Source of the DNA: Promethearchaeota archaeon
GTDB taxonomy: Archaea; Asgardarchaeota; Lokiarchaeia; Sigyniarchaeales; Promethearchaeaceae
DNA: 32,000 bases
Direction of reading: 5' to 3'
NCBI GenBank assembly: GCA_016933055.1
Contig: JAFGBS010000028.1
Location: 90,001 to 122,000, forward strand
Part shown: piece by piece, positions 25,586 through 32,000 of the stretch
Layout of the letters: each line of letters begins with the position of its first letter
How positions within the stretch are numbered: position 1 is the stretch's first letter
Program-made: the position numbers and the translations under genes
Notes under the pieces: model-generated
Databases searched by the model: none
What the model saw: the letters and a program-made list of their open reading frames with translations, nothing else
What the model was told of the DNA's origin: nothing

Positions 25586-28500
25586 GTGATTTCGATGAAA
25601 AAACAAAAAACTAAAAAATTGGAATCCTCTGAATTCAATTCTGAGACATTGAATATTTTCAAGATTTATGATTCTGTGCCTATCTCAATTGCAGTTTATA
25701 ATTCTGACGATAAATCCGTTAGGCTTAACACCAAATTTACAGAAGTTTTTGGATATTCCGAAGCTGAAATTAAAACAGTTGATGATTGGTGGAATCTTTG
25801 TGTTCCTGATGAAAACAAACGTAAGACTCTAAAAACTATATGGAATAGAAGTCTAATGACTTCAATAAAAAACAATTCAGAATTTGAACCTATGGAAATG
25901 GAGATTCAAGGTAAATCTGGGTCCAAAAAATACATAAGATATACTCCAAAAATTATCAAGCCTTATTATGTGGGTTTTTTCTTAGATATTACTGATTTGA
26001 AAGAGGCAATGGACAAAAAACTTCTTGTAAGTGAGCGAAGAACTAATTCACTTCTCTACGCTCCCAAAAACATACCTCAAGCAATATTTGATAGAAATGG
26101 TATTATTCTCGAAATCAATGATGCAGCGATCCGCGAGACGAAGATAAGTGCAGATAAATTACTTGGTAAAAATTTATTTTCGTTGCTTAAAGAATACGGC
26201 ATCGAAAATATATATAAATTTGAGGAGGTGATTCAAAAGAAAAAAGCGATTAATATCCAAATAGAATTTCTCAAAAGCAAGTATGATGTCGAGTATTATC
26301 CTCTTCTTAATGAGTATGAGGAAGTTGAGAAAGTAGCACTATATGCAAGAAATTTGAGTGATATGTTTCTCAAAGAAAGACTTCAAGATAGTGAAATTCG
26401 CTTTAAATCTTTTATGGAACACGGTCCTTTCAAAGCCTATATTAAAGACAAAAATGGGAAATACATTTATGGGAACCCCGCTGCTCTCGAATTTATCAAA
26501 TCTGTGTCTGATAAGGAATTTATTGGTTCCGAAGTCGGAGATTTCTTTAATGATGAAACTGCGGAAAAAATGTCATCATATGAACAAAAAATACTGCAAA
26601 CGAAGAAGTCTATCGAAATAGACCCACATTCTCGTACTGATAAGACTGGAAAAGAAATATGGATGAAAGAAATAAAGTTTCCAATTCCTATATCTAAAGA
26701 GGAATTACTTATTGGAGGTATAGTGCTGGATGTAACTGATGAGGTGATATTAAAACAGAATTTGCTTTTAACCCAGTATTCTGTTGAAAATAGTGGAATT
26801 GGAATCGTATGGACTAATGAAGATGCAAAGTTTATCTATGCGAATAATTACGCTTGCAAAATGTTTGGGTATTCCAAAGAAGAATTTCTCCAGTTGCATG
26901 TATGGGATATAACACCACATTATACAAGGGATATTTCTAAACGGTTAATACAACAAATGCTAGAGTCAGTAGTACACACTAATGAAACAATGGCTAAAAG
27001 AAAAGATGGTTCTGAGTTTCCTATCTATGTAAATGTAAACTATCTAAACATAAATAATAAATCTTACATGTTCGGTTATTTTTTTGATCTATCTGAGAAA
27101 AGAGAGAATAAGAAGAAACTTCAATTAGCTCAATTCTCGATGGACCACAGCAGTATTCCTATATTAACAATCAATGAAAAAGGAGATATTATTTATGTGA
27201 ATGAGATTGCCATTCAAAAATTGGGGTATACTATGGAAGAAATTTTGAAATTAAAAGCATGGGATCTTAGCGCTGATACCGATCGGTCCGATTTTCCTAA
27301 GAGAATACAAAAGATAACCCAATTAAAAAAAGATTCAGGAGAAACCATAATAAAAAAAGCCGGAGGAGATACATTTCCTGCATTTATTACGGTGAACTAT
27401 CTAAAACTGCCCGACGAAGCATTATACAATGTGTATATTCAAGATATGACTCTTCAGAGGAAAAATGAACTGGAATTGAATAAATTGTACAATGCAACTG
27501 AACAATCTCCCATTTCTGTTGTAATAACAAACCCCGATGGTAATATTGAATATATCAATCCCAAATTTTGTAGCTTAACCGGATACAAACAAGAGGAACT
27601 TATTGGAAAAAATCCACGAGTTTTAAAAACGGGATATACAACGCCTCAAGAATATTCTCAACTATGGCGTACGATTAAAAATGGTGAAGTTTGGCAAGGC
27701 ACATTTCGTAATGTGAAAAAAAATGGAGAATTTTTCTGGGAAAATGCCACTATATGCCCAATATTCGGTTTGGATGGTAGAATTCAAAATTTTCTTGGAA
27801 TTAAAGAAGATATAACTGAGAAAATTACATTACAAGAGCAACTACAACATTCACAGAAGATGGAAGCTCTTGGTAGACTGGCTGGGGGAATAGCCCACGA
27901 CTTCAACAATATACTTACGGTTATTATGGGTACTGCCCAATTACTGCAATATGATATGAAAGATGAAATCATGAATGAATATCTGACAGAAATCGTAAAA
28001 GCTAGTAATAAAGCTGCTGGGTTAACTAAACAACTTCTTGCTTTTGGTAAGAAACAAGTTCTAAAACCCCAATATCTAGACTTGAATCGGGTTCTTGTTG
28101 ATATGGAAGGTATGCTAAGAAGAATTTTACCCGAAAATATTCATTTTACTTTTGTGTTACACAATCAACCGATCACGATTAAAGTGGATAAAGTACAATT
28201 GGAGCAAGTAATTTTGAATATCGTGATTAATGCTAAGGAAGCTATGGTTAATGGTGGAAATCTAACAATTACTACTTCTGTGAATTCTAAACATGTAGGT
28301 AATCAATTGAAATATTGTGGTACTCTCTCGATTTCAGATACAGGGGTAGGAATGGATGAACACACGAAAATGCGCTTATTTGAACCTTTTTTTACTACTA
28401 AGGAAAAGGGTACGGGTTTAGGTTTAGCCACAGTATACGGGATCGTCTCCCAAAGTGATGGAGATATCGAGGTGGATAGCGACTTGGGTGAAGGTTCTGC

Positions 28501-28933
28501 ATTTGTAGTTAATTTCCCCCTCAGACTTAATCCCATTGAAGAAGAAGAAGAGATAATAGTAAAGAAATCTGAATGGAGAGGTACAGAAACCATTCTATTG
28601 ATTGAAGATGAAGAAGCAGTGAGAAAAGTTGTTTATCAAATTCTTATTAATGAAGGTTACACCGTATGGATGGCAGAAAATGGAGAGAGTGCTATCTTAA
28701 ATTATTCCCATCTGGTTGATAAAATTGATTTAATCATCTCGGATGTGATAATGCCGATTATGGGTGGTATTGAAGCTGTATCACGATTTCAAGAGATAAG
28801 ACCCTCTGTTAAAATCATATTCATGTCAGGATATGCAGGGGAAGAGAATTCTATGAATGAAAAAGAAATATTTATCACCAAACCGATAAATCGGATAGAT
28901 CTACTGAAAAAAATTCGTGAAGCGTTAGATTGA
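25586..28933 (+). CDS. Cytoplasmic hybrid sensor histidine kinase (six PAS/PAC + HisKA + HATPase + receiver); start may be ATG 25595
   Basis: Six PAS-like segments, each with N...(F/L)GY-type and D(I/V/L/M)T/S end motifs or similar. H-box LGRLAGGIAHDFNNIL, N-box QVILNIVINA, G-boxes DTGVG, FFTTK and GTGLGL. Receiver LLIEDE...DVIMP...SGY...KP. No TM segment. Confidence 0.95.
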   Translation: MISMKKQKTKKLESSEFNSETLNIFKIYDSVPISIAVYNSDDKSVRLNTKFTEVFGYSEAEIKTVDDWWNLCVPDENKRKTLKTIWNRSLMTSIKNNSEFEPMEMEIQGKSGSKKYIRYTPKIIKPYYVGFFLDITDLKEAMDKKLLVSERRTNSLLYAPKNIPQAIFDRNGIILEINDAAIRETKISADKLLGKNLFSLLKEYGIENIYKFEEVIQKKKAINIQIEFLKSKYDVEYYPLLNEYEEVEKVALYARNLSDMFLKERLQDSEIRFKSFMEHGPFKAYIKDKNGKYIYGNPAALEFIKSVSDKEFIGSEVGDFFNDETAEKMSSYEQKILQTKKSIEIDPHSRTDKTGKEIWMKEIKFPIPISKEELLIGGIVLDVTDEVILKQNLLLTQYSVENSGIGIVWTNEDAKFIYANNYACKMFGYSKEEFLQLHVWDITPHYTRDISKRLIQQMLESVVHTNETMAKRKDGSEFPIYVNVNYLNINNKSYMFGYFFDLSEKRENKKKLQLAQFSMDHSSIPILTINEKGDIIYVNEIAIQKLGYTMEEILKLKAWDLSADTDRSDFPKRIQKITQLKKDSGETIIKKAGGDTFPAFITVNYLKLPDEALYNVYIQDMTLQRKNELELNKLYNATEQSPISVVITNPDGNIEYINPKFCSLTGYKQEELIGKNPRVLKTGYTTPQEYSQLWRTIKNGEVWQGTFRNVKKNGEFFWENATICPIFGLDGRIQNFLGIKEDITEKITLQEQLQHSQKMEALGRLAGGIAHDFNNILTVIMGTAQLLQYDMKDEIMNEYLTEIVKASNKAAGLTKQLLAFGKKQVLKPQYLDLNRVLVDMEGMLRRILPENIHFTFVLHNQPITIKVDKVQLEQVILNIVINAKEAMVNGGNLTITTSVNSKHVGNQLKYCGTLSISDTGVGMDEHTKMRLFEPFFTTKEKGTGLGLATVYGIVSQSDGDIEVDSDLGEGSAFVVNFPLRLNPIEEEEEIIVKKSEWRGTETILLIEDEEAVRKVVYQILINEGYTVWMAENGESAILNYSHLVDKIDLIISDVIMPIMGGIEAVSRFQEIRPSVKIIFMSGYAGEENSMNEKEIFITKPINRIDLLKKIREALD

Positions 28934-29023
28934 TTTCCTGATAGTCAAAATAATTTGTTCATGGAGAACTAACCTATTTTCTTTGGGGCAAATATTTATT
29001 TCCATCGATGATACCTTGTTGTT

Positions 29024-29752
29024 ATGGATACTCGAAATGCAATGGAACCATATGGTCATGCATTACTCGATTTCTATTATGGTGGTGAGGATTCTCCCGT
29101 TCTTATTATTAGAGATGATGGTTATAGAGATGAAATGAGTGTACGGCAATACTTTAGAACTCGAGAGAAATTCTCCGAAATTGAAAAAAAAGCCTTAAAT
29201 GAATGTAAGGGAAAAATTGTGGATCTTAGTGCTGGAGTAGGTGCAGATTGCCTTGAATTACAGAATCGGAAATTTGATGTGACTGCAGTAGAAGTTTGTC
29301 CTGAAGCATGTGAAATCATGCGAAAACGAGGAGTGAAGAAAGTCTTTTGCATGGATCTATTCGATTTCAACGAGTCTGGATATGATACTATTTTCTTATT
29401 CAATCGAAGTATTGGCAACGTGCAAAATTTAGAAGGACTCGAACGCTTTTTGGAACAAGCAAAGAAATTCTTAGCACCTAGAGGCCAAATAATTTTCGAC
29501 TCTGTTGATATTCGCTATACGGATAATCCAGCACATTTAGCTTATCAACGGAGAAACATTGATATGGGAAAATATTTTGGAGAAATTATAGTCCGATTTG
29601 AGTATAAAAGCATAATTGGTCCAAATTTCGGACTACTCCATGTGGATCCTGATATAGTACAAACTTATTGTAATAAAACAGGATGGAAGTGTAATATTAT
29701 ATATTCAGATGAAGAAGGAAATTATCTAGCAAAACTGAGTCTGTTTGAATAA
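29024..29752 (+). CDS. Class I SAM-dependent methyltransferase
   Basis: Motif I KIVDLSAGVG, followed by VTAVE, YDTIFL and LAPRGQIIFD. Confidence 0.85.
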   Translation: MDTRNAMEPYGHALLDFYYGGEDSPVLIIRDDGYRDEMSVRQYFRTREKFSEIEKKALNECKGKIVDLSAGVGADCLELQNRKFDVTAVEVCPEACEIMRKRGVKKVFCMDLFDFNESGYDTIFLFNRSIGNVQNLEGLERFLEQAKKFLAPRGQIIFDSVDIRYTDNPAHLAYQRRNIDMGKYFGEIIVRFEYKSIIGPNFGLLHVDPDIVQTYCNKTGWKCNIIYSDEEGNYLAKLSLFE

Positions 29753-29797
29753 AATTAAATAAAGCCACTGATGTAAACCAATTTTAGGGGGATTAAT

Positions 29798-30793
29798 TTA
29801 CCCAAAATTGACTTTCCACTTCCTTTTCTTCTCATTAAGTTTTGCTTTTAAATTGAAGTCAATAGGGAAATTTATGAAAGCTATTCCTAAAGAAATCAGG
29901 AGTAATCCCAACCATAACGTCCACGAGATGGATTCTCCTAATAAAATTACTGAAAATAATGTTCCAAACACAGGTACCAAATTAATGAAAATTCCCGATT
30001 TCGTTGTTCCTAGATTTTTTATTGCTACAAAATAGCATAGAAAACTAATCACGGTTACGAATAATGCCATAATTATAATTGAGATCCAGAAAATCCAAGA
30101 ATTCCATTGAAGTTGATCCCATTGATTTTCAATTATTGCTGCTCCTCCAAACATAAAAGCTCCTAATACTGTAGCCCAAGTTGTTGTTTCGTATGAAGTA
30201 TGTGTCTGCATAACCGTTTTCCCTAAAACAGAATACCCTGCAAAACAAAAAAACGCACCCAAAACAATGATGTTTCCAATCACATGTTGAGAATTAAATT
30301 CGATGAAGGGAGCTATACCTATAATCATAAGGACTCCCGCAAAACTAAACAATAAACCCCAATACCTCCATTTAGGTTCTAGTCGCTCTTTATGGATGAG
30401 TCTACTTAGAAGAGTAATAATCGTTGGTTGGACTCCTGCTAGTACCGCTCCTTGAGCTGAAGTAGTAAATCGCATTGCAGTTAAAAACAGAATTCCATAC
30501 CCGAAAATTCCCAACAATCCCAAAACAAAGAATTGGTAAATTGATTTCCACGTGTACACTTTTAAATTATTTCTAAATTTAATAAAATAAAAGACTATAT
30601 ACACAAAACTTGCAATAATAAAACGAAAAAACCCAATTTGAAAGGAAGTGGCTAAAGGAACGAGAATTTTGGCCAGTGGCCAGGATATACCCCAAAAGAT
30701 CATAGAAACTATAAGTAGAACATAATTAACTAGATGGGAATTTTTCATTTTGATATATGTCCTGATAGGATGATTAGAATTAATGTTTGTCAA
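29798..30793 (-). CDS. DMT/EamA family transporter
   Basis: FWGISWPLAK, FFRF and AGVQP in the first repeat; F..LVPVFG..FS..LLGE in the second. About ten TM segments. Confidence 0.92.
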   Translation of the reverse strand: MTNINSNHPIRTYIKMKNSHLVNYVLLIVSMIFWGISWPLAKILVPLATSFQIGFFRFIIASFVYIVFYFIKFRNNLKVYTWKSIYQFFVLGLLGIFGYGILFLTAMRFTTSAQGAVLAGVQPTIITLLSRLIHKERLEPKWRYWGLLFSFAGVLMIIGIAPFIEFNSQHVIGNIIVLGAFFCFAGYSVLGKTVMQTHTSYETTTWATVLGAFMFGGAAIIENQWDQLQWNSWIFWISIIIMALFVTVISFLCYFVAIKNLGTTKSGIFINLVPVFGTLFSVILLGESISWTLWLGLLLISLGIAFINFPIDFNLKAKLNEKKRKWKVNFG

Positions 30794-30814
30794 ACCAGAG
30801 AGAACCTTAGAGGT

Positions 30815-32000
30815 CTATTTTTGACTTTGTTGTAATTGCCATTCCCAACTTTGGTGAACAAAATACTGATTATAAAGGGAGGCATATTTACCTCCCTGAG
30901 AGAGTAATTCTTCATGCGTCCCTTCTTCTACAATTTTTCCCTGTTCCATTACTATGATTCGATCTGCTCCGACAATTGTTGACAATCGGTGTGCGATAAT
31001 AATAGCAGTACGGTTTTTAAGAATTTCATCTAATGCTTCTTGGATCATTGCTTCAGTATACGCATCTACACTAGATGTGGCTTCATCCAAAATCAAGATG
31101 CTGGGATCCAACAGTATAGCTCGAGCAAAACTAATTAACTGGCGTTGACCTACCGATAATTCCTTTCCTCTTTCTCCAATCCGTGTATAAATTCCATTAG
31201 GTAATACTCTGATGAAATCATATGCTTGAACGATCTGCAGCACTTTTATCACTTCTTCCTCGGATGCTTCCTTTCTTCCGTAGGTAATATTATCAAATAT
31301 TGTTCCAGGGAAAAGAAAAACATCTTGCTCGACTTTTCCGATTTGTTTTCGATAAGAACCCAAATCAATATCTCTAATATTATATCCGTCAATAAGAATT
31401 GAACCCTCTTGAAATTCATAGTATCGACCTAAAAGTGCCGTTAACGAGGTTTTTCCTGCACCGGTATGGCCAACTATAGCCAATTTCTCTCCACTATCAA
31501 TCTTTAAGGTCAGATCGTTAAAAACAACATTTTCATCGTCATATGTAAAATAGATATCTTTGAATTGAATATTTCCATTTAGGTTATCTACATGCAAGGG
31601 ATTCGAATTTTGTACTATCTTTGGTCTAGTGTCAAGAATTCCCAAAATTCGTTCAAACGATGCCATTCCTGCAGAAAGTTCTGGAAAAAATCGAGCTAAT
31701 GTCATAATAGGTCGGAAAAAAGTTTGAAGATATAAAATAAACATTACCACGGTTCCAGGAGTAATGGTTTCGGTTAATATCATGTTAAAACCATAGTATA
31801 AAACAATACACATAATTATTGATGTCAAAGTATTAATCAGAGGTCGCCAAAAATGCGTTACAGCAGTTAAATGCATCCAAGATCTTAAATATTCTCTATT
31901 TATTTGCTCAAATTGCAGTGAGATCGTCATTTCCTGTCCAAAACTCTTAGAGACTTGAATTCCCTCAATAGATTCCACAATGGATGAATTAACATCTGAA
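30815..32000 (-). CDS. ABC exporter, fused TMD + NBD (MdlB/MsbA-like), 5'-truncated by the window edge
   Basis: Walker A GHTGAGKT, signature LSVGQRQ, Walker B ILILDEATSSVD and IIAHRL. The frame stays open upstream of 31978 (SDVNSSIVESIEGIQVSKSFGQE) to the window end. Confidence 0.95.
   Translation of the reverse strand, partial: SDVNSSIVESIEGIQVSKSFGQEMTISLQFEQINREYLRSWMHLTAVTHFWRPLINTLTSIIMCIVLYYGFNMILTETITPGTVVMFILYLQTFFRPIMTLARFFPELSAGMASFERILGILDTRPKIVQNSNPLHVDNLNGNIQFKDIYFTYDDENVVFNDLTLKIDSGEKLAIVGHTGAGKTSLTALLGRYYEFQEGSILIDGYNIRDIDLGSYRKQIGKVEQDVFLFPGTIFDNITYGRKEASEEEVIKVLQIVQAYDFIRVLPNGIYTRIGERGKELSVGQRQLISFARAILLDPSILILDEATSSVDAYTEAMIQEALDEILKNRTAIIIAHRLSTIVGADRIIVMEQGKIVEEGTHEELLSQGGKYASLYNQYFVHQSWEWQLQQSQK

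Noticed and set aside
25426-25662. 78-aa version of the minus-strand ORF
   Set aside because: Its first 26 codons are antisense to the kinase N-terminus. Only the part from ATG 25584 is kept, as a weak finding.
1173-31148. Other short track ORFs nested in or antisense to long genes (e.g. 1173..1475, 2525..2809, 6476..6847, 6729..7049, 7757..8041, 12364..12552, 13212..13415, 14400..14594, 15063..15305, 15412..15597, 16808..17023, 19837..20034, 20657..20854, 21406..21690, 24994..25221, 26358..26621, 27784..27972, 28303..28593, 29122..29418, 29808..30035, 30954..31148)
   Set aside because: All overlap well-supported genes, fully or largely, and show no motifs. Treated as shadow ORFs.
1-32000. 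CRISPR array, tRNA/rRNA genes, transposase/integrase, long DNA repeats
   Set aside because: None seen on reading. The zinc-finger and PAS repeats are diverged at the DNA level and are protein-level repeats only.

Overview
An AT-rich prokaryotic window, most likely from an Asgard archaeon (Lokiarchaeia-like). This is inferred from gene content: roadblock/LC7 proteins, an HdrA-MvhD fusion, an FwdA-like protein, many zinc-ribbon proteins and a large sequon-rich membrane-anchored surface protein. From left to right it holds: a minus-strand operon (Yip1-like membrane protein, membrane-anchored GH10, alpha/beta hydrolase, and an edge-truncated membrane protein missing from the ORF track); an apparently catalytically degenerate FwdA homolog followed by hdrA-mvhD; two roadblock genes; a 738-bp intergenic gap that may hold a structured RNA; and three co-oriented genes. 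These three encode a TPR/SNAP-like protein with five tandem FYVE/PHD-type zinc fingers, a zinc-ribbon + LURP-one/scramblase protein, and a protein that aligns by eye over most of its length with eukaryotic N-myristoyltransferase. After them come a 1347-aa surface protein, a 54-aa Cys-rich ORF missing from the track, two convergent HGSNAT-like membrane acyltransferases, a GH3 glycosidase, a six-PAS hybrid histidine kinase, a methyltransferase, an EamA transporter and an edge-truncated ABC exporter. The best candidate for an undescribed system is the 8103-14688 block (roadblocks, TPR-zinc-finger array, LURP/scramblase, NMT-like), which could act in protein acylation and membrane targeting. I saw no CRISPR array, tRNA, rRNA or transposase. 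All family assignments come from motif recognition and remembered reference sequences; no searches were run.
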